64,000 nt of DNA from Callorhinchus milii (GCF_018977255.1 NW_024704743.1:33234001-33298000); one strand, 5' to 3'; shown: positions 50,101 through 62,946, counted from the first letter of the stretch. A program made the numbers and translations. The notes: generated by a model not told the origin, from the letters alone.

Positions 50101-51999
50101 TGACACCTTGAAGTAATGTATGGTTGAAGCTGAAGTGTTGAAATGGGGAGGGAATCAAATATATCTAGCTGATAAAACGTTGCTAACGCAAAACACATTT
50201 TGTGAGGTGATAGTGGCAAACGTTATCTAGATTGACAGCAATTGTCAACAGGAACCTAGGAAGTGGATTACAACAATAAAGAGCTCTACTTGAGTTTGGT
50301 GGATCAACAATAAGCCTATGCTCGGTTTGTGAGCTTGTTTACATTGTTATTGTCATTCTTTCCATGTTTTAGAAATAACAGAGGTACATCAGAAACCACA
50401 AAAAGACATGGATAATTAGTCTGGAAGGTTGTTGGCCAGGACATTAGGGGAAACTCCCTTTCTATTTTCCAAATGTGTTGTGAGATCTTTGACATCCGTC
50501 TGAACAGGCCGACATGCTCGGCTCAATGTCTCATCCAAAGCCAGAGCCTCTGGCAATGTAGCACCTCCCTCTCTCCACCCCCAGTACTGTGCAGAAGTGT
50601 TAAACTGGAATGACAGCTCAACATCTCCAACATTGAAATGATGAATATCAAATGAGCCAAAGGACCTGTTTCATCTAAACCAATCTTGTGACCTCTTGCG
50701 ATCTTGTGATTCACCAAAAACCACCACTCCTCCCATTTGATATGTACCATGTACCTAATAATTTGAAGAAAGATGTCACCACTGACACTTGGCCAGGAGA
50801 AGAATGACTCACAATCAATGTGATAGTTTGTCCCATTTAATTCAAACTTGGCTCAGTTGATAGCACACTCACCTCTGAATTAGAAGTTTGTAGATTCAAG
50901 TACCAGGTCAAAACTTTGAACTCATAGGCCAAGCTTTGGTTGGGACATTAAACTGAGACCCCGTCTGTTGAGATTGGTGATAAAGATCCCTTGGCTCTAT
51001 TTAAAAAGAGGAAGTATTTTTCCTAGTGTCTTGGCTGACATTCGGCCAGATAAAATCATTATATCAAATTTCGCCCACAAATATACAATCAATTCACTTT
51101 ACAGTCTATTTTGTGAAGCGTTTTGAGACGTCTAGAAGACGTGAAAAGCGCTATATCAAATGCAAGGATTATTATTATTATTATATCAAACGCAAGCATT
51201 ATTTACTTATGTATTATCTACACCATGTTTTTACCCCTCAAGCATTGTTGGTAAATTTTGTAGTCCTCAATGTTGCTGCTGGAGATGGAACACTTTCCTA
51301 TTTTAAGCACTCAGTGTCAAACAGGGCTACAGACAGAGTCCAGCTCCCTCTTGTCAGTGGCTGACGTATTGTCTGACAACTCTGGGTATTTAGAAAAGTC
51401 AAAGTAACATTCAAAGAATCCTGGTGAAGCCATAAAACCGCTACTTACATGATCCTTTTACATTTCTGCAACTAACTACTTTTAGTAATAATCCTTGCAC
51501 TTGTTACAGCTCACTATCACTCCATCGAAATATCTTCAAATACTTCATAGGATTTTCTTGTAAGGCGTAGTAACTGTGTATTTGTAGGCAGCATTTCTGT
51601 TTGTAGACTTTTTTTTGAAAGGGCACAGTGTATGTATGCCTTATCGAATGTACAGGCATAAAAATAACTTTCCTGCTGCAATCGAGCTCCAATGCCTTCA
51701 GCAGTGAAACAGAGCTTCGGCTGTAATTGATAATGGATAGCATTGCGCAATTCTCCTGGGTTTAAAGGTGCAGATATTCTTTGTAAAACAGTGTGCCACT
51801 CTCAGAACAATATCGTAGCATTCTCACAACAGCATGCAAATGAAATGTTGGGGTGTTTATGTCTAATCTGTAGGAGAGGGGAGCTTTATAATCGTGTTTG
51901 CTGAGCCTTACCGCAGTAATGGATCGCTCTAAAGTTAAGTGTGTAATATGAATGATGTGTTGATGGATTCACTGCCCTTTGTGGAGATGACCCATGTAG

Positions 52000-52375
52000 T
52001 CCAGAAAGTTCTGAGGTTAGTCTGTGCAGGAGTAGCTGATCTCAGCCAGGGTGTTTCTCAGTGGTCCTGAAATTGGGACGGAAGGTTCATTACTGATCAC
52101 TGTCCAGTGATGCCTGCTGGAAAGTGCAGGTGTGTGGGTATTAGTTAAGGATAGAATTGGACTCAACTCAAAGGGCTCCTATCTCACAGTCACAGAGTTG
52201 GTCAACACTCATTGCCTTGGCTCACACATGGCCACCTAGCTAAGACACTGAAAGGCTGTTGCTTAGCTCCAAGGGACTATTTATTACAAGTAGTCAGTTG
52301 AAGTCAGTTGGAGCTGTACCTGAGCTCCAAGGGACTTATCGCCTCCAGGAGGGAAAGAGAAAATTGGAGGAGAAA
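52000..52375 (+). repeat. Old unclassified interspersed repeat, same family as 36635-37160
   Basis: agctgatctcagccaggg...ctgatcactgtccagtgatgcctgctggaaagtgc...ggctcacacatggccac...gagaaaattggag. Confidence 0.6.
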
Positions 52376-53084
52376 AAAGAAATGAATTTGATGACTGACA
52401 ATTTTAAAGCTTTTCAGTCCCTGGCCTGACCTCTGTGATTTAATGTTTTACAGTTTATGTTTGTTATAAACTTTTAGCGCAGTTTCCATTTAGTGAGCAA
52501 TTGCAGTGATAAATATCTGCTTTTCATCCCTTTGTCAATGCATAAAATGTCATTCTCTCACAAACGTGTTTCATTGATTTGAAATTTTTAATTGAATCTT
52601 TGCATATTTTATAATTAACTGCTGTAGTGTTTGTCTGACGTTAACAATGTTTTAACGTTTGCGATTGTCATAAAGTATAACCCATCACTTGTCTCTTCCC
52701 GTTACACACTTTTATTTTCTCCTTGTGTCCTGTCGTTCACAATCTTGTTATTTACTGTCTCATTCCTTTGTTCCATGCTTCCCTGGCATTCACTCTTTTT
52801 GACTTTCTCCATGTTGGCTCACTATCATTCACTCACTTCCTTGCCTATTCTGTCATTCTTTTTCTCAAAATCTCAGTCTTTCATTTTCTCCTTGACTCAT
52901 CCTTTCCTCCGCTGTTTCGTTCATTCTCTCTCATCCATTCACTCTCTCATTGCTCCACATTTTCCTTGGCTCGCTCATTCTCCTTGGCTGCTAAACAATG
53001 ACACCTGTCCCTGTGCTTGGAATCTCGAAAAATATTGCATGTTATGAAGTACTGTGAAGTTTACTCCCCAACCCACTACCCACT

Positions 53085-53395
53085 GTCTCTGCTCGACTGG
53101 TTCCAGCCCCCTGCATGTCCCTTGTGCCCTCCATTCCATCATCGGTGGCTGCCACTACGCCCCGAAACTCTGGAACACTTTTCCTCTATCCCTCCGCCTT
53201 GCCCTTTCCTCCCTTCCTCCCTCCCCCCCTCCCATCTTCAGGTTGCACCTGAAGACCTACCTCTTGGACCATGCCTACGTTCACCTCCCCTCTCCCCGGC
53301 ACGGTGTGGTGGTCCATCACCTTCAAGCACTCTGGGACGCTACCCTGCGTGAGGGGTGCTATTTAAATGCGAGTTATTTTTGTTGTTGTCGTTGC
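53085..53395 (+). mobile_element. L2 LINE 3' fragment ending ~35 nt upstream of the RIPOR2 exon A acceptor
   Basis: HYAPKLWNTFPLSLRLA...HLKTYLLDHAY, then tail gggacgctaccctgcgtgaggggtgctatttaaatgcgag(ttg)n. Confidence 0.85.
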
Positions 53396-53456
53396 TGTGG
53401 TTTTAAAATTGTGCTTCTCTTTTTGAAAAGCAGAGACCTGCAGACTGCCAGACGTC

Positions 53457-53557
53457 ATGTCAGTAGGGTCCCAGTCATTCTCCCCTGGTGGGCCCAATGG
53501 TATCATTAGAAGCCAATCCTTTGCTGGTTTCACCACACAGCAAGAACGGAGGTCCAG
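53457..53557 (+). CDS. RIPOR2: RIPOR2/FAM65B coding exon A from the conserved Met ([33 protein letters not shown]); the exon starts at 53431 or 53434
   Basis: Translation matches the recalled RIPOR2 N-terminus ([25 protein letters not shown]). Acceptor ...ttttgaaaag/cag, donor CAG|gtaggt at 53558, phase 2. The open frame upstream of the ATG reads ETCRLPDV. Confidence 0.95.
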
Positions 53558-54047
53558 GTAGGTGCTGGAGCTTCTATCTGATCTGCGATGTCATTTGGTC
53601 ATTGGCTTTGCTGAACCCTCTGCGTATGAGTCAAAACCAAGCAGCTCGCAGATTAGCACTGAAAGGATTTGGGACATCCAGAAGTATTCGAGATTCAATG
53701 AGGGTTTATTAAAGATCCATTGTCACTGTGGTAATGTGTCACTGCCAAACACTGTCATATTTATAGGCTGAGGGAGGAACATGGTAATGTCACAGCAGGT
53801 GATAACAACATACATTTCTTCGTACTTTTAACAGAAATAGAAACATTTTTTAATCGTAGTTTTCAACAGAAACTCGAGGTTAAAAATTAAAAAAGACTCA
53901 AAAGCTGCATTCAGACACTGTGCAGGCAGTGCTCCACTGTGGTGGGGACAATGGTTTTGCAGGATTTCTCAGCTCAGTGTATTGTTGTGTTCACATAGAA
54001 ACAATACACATCATCAGAATGGCAGATTTACATTTTTTAAAATATAT

Positions 54048-54218
54048 TAGTCACTCAATCTGCAACTGTTTGTGGGACAGTGCTGTGAGCAATTGGCTGC
54101 CATGTTTCACCCACAAATATGCAGTCAATTCACTTTATAGTATATTCCGTGAAGTGCTTTGAGACGTCTCAAAGATGTGATAAGGTGCTTTATCAAATGC
54201 AAGGATTATTATTATTAT
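54048..54218 (+). mobile_element. tRNA-derived SINE, 3' part (in a RIPOR2 intron)
   Basis: ctgtttgtgggacagtgctgtgagcaattggctgcc...tcaaatgcaaggattatt. Confidence 0.85.
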
Positions 54219-54439
54219 TTAAAAACATTACTGTCCAAGTTGATGCCTGGCCATGCAGGACAGTTGTTTTTTTCTCTGCTGGACAACAACCCGAGCACCA
54301 CCAGCTCTGGTCGCCCTATCACTTGTTTTATTGAGAGAAACAACAGTCCTCAATATGTTTCAACAGGAATTCAATACTACAGTGTAAAGCATAAAAAACC
54401 CTTGGTTTGACCTATAATTGCAATTTTGGGTGACACAGG

Positions 54440-54655
54440 TTTGAAATTCCATCTATTCTTAGCCTTCAAGACAATTTTGCCTTAAAATTTGAGATGGTGC
54501 AGAATTGTGGAAAATTCTTAGATTCAATCTTAATTTGGAAACTGGTTTTCTTTTTAAGAATTGCATGAAAAAAACACATCCAAATTAAAACTGAATTTAA
54601 GAACTTTCCACAATTTTAGAATTCAAGACAAAATGACTAGGTGAGATTTTCCAGT
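54440..54655. repeat. Old palindromic AT-rich (MITE-like) element, copy 2
   Basis: Arms aattgtggaaaattcttagattcaatcttaatttgga and tccaaattaaaactgaatttaagaactttccacaatt are near reverse complements. Confidence 0.6.
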
Positions 54656-54793
54656 CTCAGGTGAAGGTATTGGGATAGTTTTATCTGTCTTCAGTCTGGT
54701 AACCAAACTGCGCAATGTGCACTCTGGGTTTCAAGCAAAGTGCGATTTCCAGTGAACCTGGTTAATGTCATTTTACATGTTATCTCCCTGCAG

Positions 54794-54949
54794 GTGTCAT
54801 TCTTTCATTGGAAATAACGGAGCTGTCAAAAAGCCACAAGGAAAATCAAAGAAGATGAACAGTTCATCGCATAAAAACAGCAGTAGCTCCAAGGACATCC
54901 AGCCGAAACGGATGGAGGAAATGTACGACTCGCTGAAGAAAGGATTGAG
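54794..54949 (+). CDS. RIPOR2: RIPOR2 coding exon B (156 nt; RCHSFIGNNGAVKKPQGK...MYDSLKKGL)
   Basis: ctccctgcag acceptor, AG|gtgaga donor, phase 2-2, in frame with exon A. Similar to human RCNSFIENSSALKKPQAK...VYRALKNGL. Confidence 0.95.
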
Positions 54950-56401
54950 GTGAGAGCTGCTGAGAGGAGAGAGGCAGAGAGAAGGAGGTGGAGTTAAGAG
55001 GCACCTACCAGAGCATTTTGAGATGAAAGCTTGCAAGTCCCTCATTGTGTGTCTGGATAGTTACTTAGGACCCTTTAAAGCAAAATTATTGCATTAAAGC
55101 TTTGAAAAGGGAATTGGATAAATATTTGAAAAAGATATAAAAGAGCTCTGGGAAAGGGCAGGTGAGTTGGACTAAATGGATAACTTTTATTTAGCCAACA
55201 AGGACATAATGGGCTAGATAGCCTCCTGTCATGCAAAACTGTATGATACTTTAAATGCTGGAATATTAGTTCAACTTGTTGAAAAACTAAGTTGGAGTCA
55301 GATACATTTCTGGTATCAAACTGTAGTGACGTATGAAAAGTACCTCACCGATAAATAATAGAACACTAATTTCTGTGAGAGCACCACAGAGCCTGAGTAG
55401 TAGTCCAAAGATAAAGGAGCAATTGCCCCACATTCATTATTCATCTTTTCGAAAGTCTGTTCTGTACGGGTCCTGACTACTGCTCACAGTCAATGGTACC
55501 CCCTCCAACCCCAACCCCAGCACAGACACCTGACTGTTCAGCACCTTGGGACATCCTTCCAATGTGAAAGGTGCTTTACAAATGTAATTTTATATTGTAT
55601 TGTACTGTATCACATGTGTCGTTGTAGGGCCAGATTCACTCAATAAGGTTTGATCTCCAGCATTTTTTTTAACTAAATCTTTATAATGGATTTCTTTGTT
55701 ACAGTGAGTTTCCAGATATAAGGATTCAATGGAAAAGATTGTTATTGTTAGTGTTCAGAATCTATGATTGAGTGTTAGACTTTCAAATGTGTGCCATTGA
55801 TACTACATTTAATATTGTTCTGAGATGTATAATAGACACACTCGCATTCTTATGGAATCATAATCACAAAGTGCCACAAATACATTGAAACATCAACAGT
55901 GATTCTGCTTCAAGAGGCAAAAACACCTGGGACCTTAAGATGAAGTGGTGCCACTTTACCATCCTTGCCAGGCTTGTTTTTCTGGTTGAAAGTGCAATGA
56001 CGGTTCTGTATAGACCTTGTCCTGAGTCAGGAGGAACCACAGGCAGAAAAAAAAATGTTGTGGTTTGAGAAACAAAGAGAGTGTGTGTCTGTTCATAGTT
56101 ATAATGTTGCTGTTAGTGTGTAATAAGATTATATGATGTTGAAAACAAGATCCAGGCATCCTCGTACAGCTTCAAATACCCCATAAGATGACTGGAGTGT
56201 TCTACTGGCCAACAATCCTCCAGATAAATGTAAAAGCAATTTCCCCTCATGGCTGCAAATTCACTGTGCTCTGTATTAAATGGCTGCCACGTTTACCAAC
56301 AAAAGCAGTCATTAGACTTAATGTAACTACTTGTTAAGCACTTTAAATGTTTCAATGTGATAAGTGCTATAAACATAGCAACTTATTTTGTTTTTAAGCA
56401 G

Positions 56402-56480
56402 TGAGTACCTCGAATTCCATCAGGCAGAGTTGGATAAACTCACCACTCAGCTGAAAGATATGAAGAGCAACTCCAGACTG
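56402..56480 (+). CDS. RIPOR2: RIPOR2 coding exon C (79 nt; SEYLEFHQAELDKLTTQLKDMKSNSRL)
   Basis: tttttaagcag acceptor, CTG|gtaagt donor, phase 2-0. Similar to human [26 protein letters not shown]. Confidence 0.95.
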
Positions 56481-57153
56481 GTAAGTGGTGGCTTTAGTGT
56501 GGCTAAGGTTAAGATAATCATCCATCCCACATGTTCCTTAACCCTAGAGGCACCAACTTGTGCTGAGTATAGATCCATAGGCACTTTCAACACAATATAA
56601 TACCAGTACAAATTTACACTTGAATGTCACCTTTCACATCGGGAGGATGTCTCAAGGCACTGCTATCAGTATCTTGCTCAATAATCGTCATCCATGAGCC
56701 CAGTGAGTGAGTGAGGATGTGTAGGGTATTCAGCCACCCTGTGTGTGTGTGTGTTTGTTTATGTGGGGGGAGAGGGTCGGGGAATCTTAACAGAGGTTTT
56801 CAAAGTTACAAAAGGTTTTGATGGAGCAAATAAGAGAAATTATTCCCCACAGTACCAAGGGGGCACATGTTACCGGTTGACTACTTTTCCTTTCTAACCT
56901 TCAATTGACAATATTACGTCTGCTGTTAAACCAACAGAAATACAGAAATAGAACATTTAAATATGTAAATCAGGTACATATTGCTGGGTGTGGAAAGTGA
57001 ACCCAGCAGTAATGGTAATTGCAGTATTTACAGGCTGGGGAAAACCCTTAGCTGCCACCCACGGAAAAGTATTGTGGCTAAACATTGGAAGGTCATTAAC
57101 AGTTCATACAGAATGGAAAACAGTCTAACATCATGTATCATTTTTATCTGCAG

Positions 57154-57177
57154 GGCGTTTTGTACGACCTGGATAAG
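57154..57177 (+). CDS. RIPOR2: RIPOR2 coding microexon D (24 nt; GVLYDLDK)
   Basis: tttttatctgcag acceptor, AAG|gtgagt donor, phase 0-0. Peptide identical to the recalled human GVLYDLDK. Confidence 0.93.
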
Positions 57178-58517
57178 GTGAGTGAAGTAATTATTATCCA
57201 CAAGTTTTGCTTAGATTTTGGTGAGATCGCTCCATGGGGAAATGAAGCATGATATTAATACAGATTAGTATTACCATAGATTCTAGGATCAGTCCCAACC
57301 TTTTACAATGGTCTTCACAGGGAAAACCTAAGCAATTGCATCAGTTTATAAGCCACATCCCTATGTGAAGATGAAACTGAACTAAACATGGTTTGGGCTC
57401 CACCAGACTTCATAATAAATGATACCTGTGAACTGAAAGGATAAATTGAGGAGCTTTTTAATGCTGCAATTACATGGAATGACTTTGCTAATGACATGCC
57501 TACTTCAGGGCCTTTTTGACAATGCAGCTAACTGGGCTTTCTAATCCCTAAACACGATGAACAGCTTTGAAATAATACTTCTGGCCACAGAATTAGCACT
57601 GAGAAAATACTTGGAATTGATGCTTTAGGAACCAGGTGTACATTTACCACAATTTACAAGGTAGCACAGCAGACGTGATCTGCTATAAATCTTGCAGCTC
57701 AACGAATGACTCAGCTCAGCCTTTGGCTTATTTTAGCCTCAGCTCAACAAATGCTATGGCCATATTGCAATGCTTAAGCCGCTTCCAGTTCCCAAGCAGC
57801 AGCTTCTATGGGAGTTGCCACCACATCTATGTGGTCAGCCAAGGGGTTCAGCAAGAGACTAGTTGTGGTAGTGGGAACACTTGAGCGTTATGAGTTCATG
57901 AGCACGTTCTTCTGTGGATGTCATGAATGGTGACTTTCATTTTTGTGCCATGGAGCTTCCCTAATCACTGGAGGTGGTCCAATGTGGGTGGGGAGGGGGG
58001 GGGGGAGTGATGATGGGGGAGGCACACTCTCTCTCACACACACACCCATAAAGGAAGGGAAGTGGTGGGGGAAAGGAGGTGTTGGTGTTGATGGGAGGGT
58101 GCGAGGGGAAGTGGTGTGGTGGAGAACAGGAGCTGCATATAAGCTGCTTTGCTAGTCTGCAGGTCAGACAGAGCTCATCTGAACAGAAAACAAACTGGTG
58201 TCCAGAGGCTCAGTGAAGATTAGCTCCTAAGGTTGCTGGGATGTTTCGCCAACCTTACCTCACTGGTGCCGGGTCTCCTAGGGGCAGCAGCCCCGCAAGG
58301 CAAACATAACATCTCTTATGTTCTGATAAGGGGGTCATATGATCCAATATCTCAGTAGATACCTGAGCACCTAAGATGTGCAAGTTAAACCCTGATAGCT
58401 GGCAGTCCACCTCGGGCCTTATTGTCTACCTCCACCGCACTTTGAAAGATGGTCAGGGATTGTTAGACTGCATGTTAAAGGCAGTCAGCTGACTGTACCG
58501 ATTTTGTTCTTTTACAG

Positions 58518-58571
58518 CAAATCAAATCAATAGAAAGATACGTGAGAAGACTGGAGTTCCACATCAGTAAG
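58518..58571 (+). CDS. RIPOR2: RIPOR2 coding exon E (54 nt; QIKSIERYVRRLEFHISK)
   Basis: ttcttttacag acceptor, AAG|gtagat donor, phase 0-0. Similar to human QIKTIERYMRRLEFHISK. Confidence 0.95.
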
Positions 58572-59289
58572 GTAGATGCATAAAGTAACGCACACCACTT
58601 CATTTTAAACTGACTGTGAATTGTGAGTGTGGCTTGGTTTTATTTGCATAAATGTTCAGCTCAAACTAAAAGCTTTATGAACCATTCGGAAGGAGGCCTT
58701 TTGTACACATCTCATTACAGTGTGAATTTTCTGTGAGGTTACAATAATTGACCTGTGCTTAGTATACAGTGTTCCCCCAGGTTCCTGCATGAATGGCGTG
58801 ACTGGTGCTGATGTGGGTGTAATGTGGTAATTAGAGGCAGGGTGGCAGTAATTGCTACCCATTGCTCCCATCCTACGCCTCAAGAGCTGATGCCGTGATA
58901 AGAGATGAATAAACAAGGAGGCTTTTATCACCATGGAGAATAGTGTACGCTAGTATTCTCCTTCTTCAAACAGCCTGAGTCTTATCCTAAAACAGGCAGG
59001 AGTCCAGTCATGTGAATTGACAGCAGTCAGGTGGCAGTTTCGGCTACTTATTAAATACTTTGCCAAGAGGCTGGATAGCATTCCCTGACTACCAGAATGC
59101 CTAAAAGACATCGGCAGCAAAAAAGTGACATGTTTTTAACCCTTGGTGTGCTGCATACACATTAATAATAATTTCTACATACATCACGTGGCTGGGACAA
59201 CAGTAGAATTTCCCTCTTTTTCCCACTTCTTTTGAATAGTGCCTTGGGATCTTTAGGACAGACGGCACCTTTGGTTTAATGTGAAGGAT

Positions 59290-59643
59290 AAAGGTTTTAA
59301 TAGGTTAGACGTAGGGAAGATGTTTCCACTTGTGGGGGAGACCAAAACCAGGGGCCATCAATATAAAATAGTCACAAACAGATCAAATAGGGAAGTTAGA
59401 AGAAATTTCTTCACACAGAGAGTGGTGCAAATGTGGAACATGCTACCACAAGGAGTTTTTGAGGCAAATAGCATAGATGTATTTAAGGGAAAGCTAGATA
59501 GGTACATGAGGGAGAAAGGAATAGAAGGTTATGCTTGAAGGCTTAGTTGAGGAATGGCAGGAGGAGGTTCATGTGGAGCATAAACACCAGCATAAACCAA
59601 ATGGCCTGTTTCTGTGCTGTATATTCTAATGTATTCTAATGTA
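59290..59643 (+). mobile_element. CR1 LINE 3' end (ORF2 C-terminus plus 3'UTR), inserted in a Deu-SINE
   Basis: KGFNRLDVGKMFPLVGETKTRGHQYKI...RRNFFTQRVVQMWNMLP...FKGKLDRYM. 3'UTR ggcctgtttctgtgctgta and tail (tattctaatg)2. Confidence 0.92.
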
Positions 59644-60676
59644 TAACACTGCCAAGAATGTAGGTTAAACACCTCATTGGAGTCTTGGTCTACACTGTGA
59701 GCTCAAACTGCTGAAGTGGGGCTTGATCCCACAGTCTCAGAGCTAAGAGTGCTACCAACTGAGCCAAGGCCATTGGACATAATTGAGCTGTTGATGCCTT
59801 GGAGAAAATAGCTTGTCAGTGGTTGCAGGCCTCAGTTTCAGAATCTGGCTAGCTTGCCACTTTCTTTGACCTCTTAAACTGGCCATAATACTGTTTAAAG
59901 GAAATAGCAAAGTTTAGGATACCACAGAGACCTCGGGCAGCACAAGCTGATTTCACCATCTTATGTTCTGCAAGCCTCAAGCTGATAATATCAGGGCTGA
60001 ACACACCAACCAAGGATTCAAGTGCATCTAGTGACAGGAAACAGGCTGAGACCAAGTGTTGCAACAGGTGGCAGAACTTTGCAGAGAACGACACATTTGT
60101 TAGTCACAAAGTTGACACACTGGGAGGGAGGGTGTACCTTGCAGATTAACCAGTTCACGACAGAGCTCCTTATTATGCAGGAAGGGTGGCTGAGGCCAGG
60201 ACCCTGGATGCTTTTAAGACACAGTTTGATGGTGTAATGGGAAAATGGTGGGACAGGTATTCTGCAAGGGTGAGATTGAGTGGGTTGAAGGACCCCCTTT
60301 ACTGAACCTCTCTCTGGGTTCATGATCCTGTCAAACAGAGGATTGCTTGTTGATCCAAGTAAAAATGAGACCAATGCTGCTTTCTCAATGACCGTAATCT
60401 CCCACTGAGTTCACACAGTGAAACTGCATGAATCATGTTGTTTAATGTCTTGTTGGTGGCTTAGTTGAATGCTAAAACAGATGCATTCTAAAGATAACAA
60501 CCATACTTGCACACCCTATATACAAAGACCTCTGGAGAATTCAGGGAACTTTCTTATGTTCATTTTTCATTATTTTCCCCAGTGGTAAGTCTCCACGTTG
60601 ATTTTCTAGCAGAATGAACAGCCTCTTAGACATCCAGCAATGGTGCTCTGTAGCCAGGCACTAAGGATTGTACAAT

Positions 60677-60733
60677 ATGTCAATTGTCTTGCCCAACATG
60701 TCAGTTGTCTTGCCCAACATGTCAGTGTCTTGT
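60677..60733 (+). repeat. Short tandem duplication, 21-bp unit (atgtcagttgtcttgcccaac) x~2.5
   Basis: Directly visible. Similar small duplications at 19850-19896 (20 bp) and ~34247-34290 (21 bp). Confidence 0.85.
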
Positions 60734-61670
60734 TCCTATCAACCCAAAATGGCACAGTTCAGTTCAGGATCTCACAATGGGGACTCATATCCTGTGGTGA
60801 CCAATTGGACCAATTGCAATTTAAAGTCTTCAAATCCTGTATAGATGCCACCTTTGACATTTGATTTATTTTTTCGGTGATATTACAAGGGAGGTTCACT
60901 ATGCCAATCAGAGTTCATACTTCTGTGGACACATTAGAAAAGTCAGGCCTTTTTTTTGCAAAAGCAAAAGCAGTGAAGGGAAGAGGAATGGGATTAGTGT
61001 AGATGGCACTAGCACTGACGTGATGGTTTCGTCCTGTGCAGTAAATGTTCGATAATTTTCTGGACCACTCGGTTAATGTGTTGCTTTACCTTCACTTTGT
61101 GGTCAATTGAGCACCAAACTGATACATTTGGCCTTCAGCTATGGCTGGCGTGTTATTTGTTTCCAGTCTGTCAGAACCTACCGGGTGTTCATTCACTCCT
61201 TCAAAATACCTGTCAGCACTTCACAAATCTCCTTCTTTACCTCTCCAAGAACTCTGGGGGAAGTTTATTTTTCCCAGATGATTTATTGGTTTTCAGCCCT
61301 TTGATCCTGTCTAGGAACTTCTTGTTTGCTAATGTCAAAGTCTTGGAGCTCACACAAATTGACTCATGCCGTGAAAATAAAACTTGTGGGGGTGGGTGAA
61401 GGAACAGCAGGGATGAGGAAGGAGATGAGCTTGGCTCCTGATGTCTCCATTCTCTTTTGCTTTGCTACTGAAATCAGCCTTAATAGGAACACTGGAAAAA
61501 AAACATAGTCAATCTGGCTCCAAAATATTTTTTTTAAAAAAAGGTATCTTCAATACTGGAAGTATGTAATAACTTTTTAGCAATACAGTACGTTCAAAAA
61601 TACTCTGAGAAAATTGGCCGTCGGATAAGATGCACTTATTTTTAACATCTTGTTTTTGGACCTTTCAAAG

Positions 61671-61820
61671 GTGGATGAACTATATGAGGCATTCTGCATC
61701 CAGAAAAGACTGCGAGAGGGAGCGGCTAAAATGAAGCAGGCTTTCTCATCGTCACCTTCTACCAAAGGGGCCCGGGAAAGCCTAGCCGAGATAAATAGGA
61801 GCTACAAGGAATACACAGAG
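61671..61820 (+). CDS. RIPOR2: RIPOR2 coding exon F (150 nt; [25 protein letters not shown]...RSYKEYTE)
   Basis: cctttcaaag acceptor, GAG|gtaaca donor, phase 0-0. Lies within ORF 61650..61916 and is strongly similar to RIPOR2. Confidence 0.96.
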
Positions 61821-62521
61821 GTAACAAACACTATGGCTTTCAGTGGCTTTGGCCCAAGAACCGGAACAAAAATTCTGTTGTTTTTATCGGAGCTGTTTGC
61901 TTATCAATGGATGTAAAAGCCTTTCTGAACCGATATGAAGGAGAATATCATGAACAGAACAAAGAAGTCATCTTTTACAGCAAACTGATCTTTATTTCTG
62001 TCTCACCCTTGATCTGAAGTTGTCTTTGGAGATTTTCACTAGTCTTTCATTACTAGAAGCAGAATTATTGTCCTTGGAATTGTTTTTAAAGGGATTTTGT
62101 GGTACTCACTATCCCATTGGAGCTATCTGTAGATGGTTAGACATGAAGCAGCCACTGTGCTCACTGTGTGTTACAAAGCTGAAACCTCCATAGAGTCAGC
62201 TACAGTTTACTGCGGCTTTTCTGTATATTGATAAATTTAAAAATAGAAAACGCAGAATATATTTTTCTCATTATCTTAAATATATTTTTTAAATGGCTCA
62301 GGAAAAAAATCAGCATGTGCCAATACGCATGTTTGCTTGTACACTGATCTCAGTATCCATACATTAACTTGTTCACTTAGCTGAAGCAAATCTATAGGAT
62401 CCTGGGCATAACCAATGTCTGTATCATTTTCACACTGCAGAGCATGTTGTGAAGGGGTATTAACATGCTGTAGTATTTGTACTCATGTGATGAAATGTCA
62501 ATTGGACTTTTAACAATTTGA

Positions 62522-62708
62522 AAACAAAAACAGAAGTCGCTGGGAACACTCAGCAGGTCAAGCAACATCTATGGAGAAAGGAAAGTGAGTCAACGTTTCG
62601 GGTCCATGGCTTTCCTTTCTCCATAGATGCTGCCTGACCTGCTGAATGTTCCCAGCGACTTCTGTTTTTGTTTTCAGATTTCCAGCATCTGCAGTATTTT
62701 GTGTTCTT
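62522..62708. mobile_element. Foldback insertion resembling Penelope-type terminal-repeat remnants
   Basis: 65-bp inverted repeats (62521-62585 / 62610-62674) and a 14-bp flanking direct repeat ttttaacaatttga. The family call is from recalled similarity to shark Penelope-like repeats. Confidence 0.7.
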
Positions 62709-62946
62709 TTTTAACAATTTGAGTTCTCTTACAGCAGTAGCATTACTTAGTATAAAACAAAGCACAATTTGCATTACAGTGCCTTTCCAATACATCCTTC
62801 AATATCCAGCAGTTCATTAGCAATGCGGACATAATATTACATAATCTTTCCTGTTGCATAGGCTTGTGTGTACTGTTTATCTCAATGTTATTGAGTTGCA
62901 TAGTTCTCTGTGTGTTCCCTACTGACCAGTTTCCCTTTACTCTCAG

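Noticed and set aside
20458..54410. Recurrent peptide [18 protein letters not shown]...[11 protein letters not shown] in many ORFs as a gene family
   Set aside because: It is the translation of the SINE 3' end.
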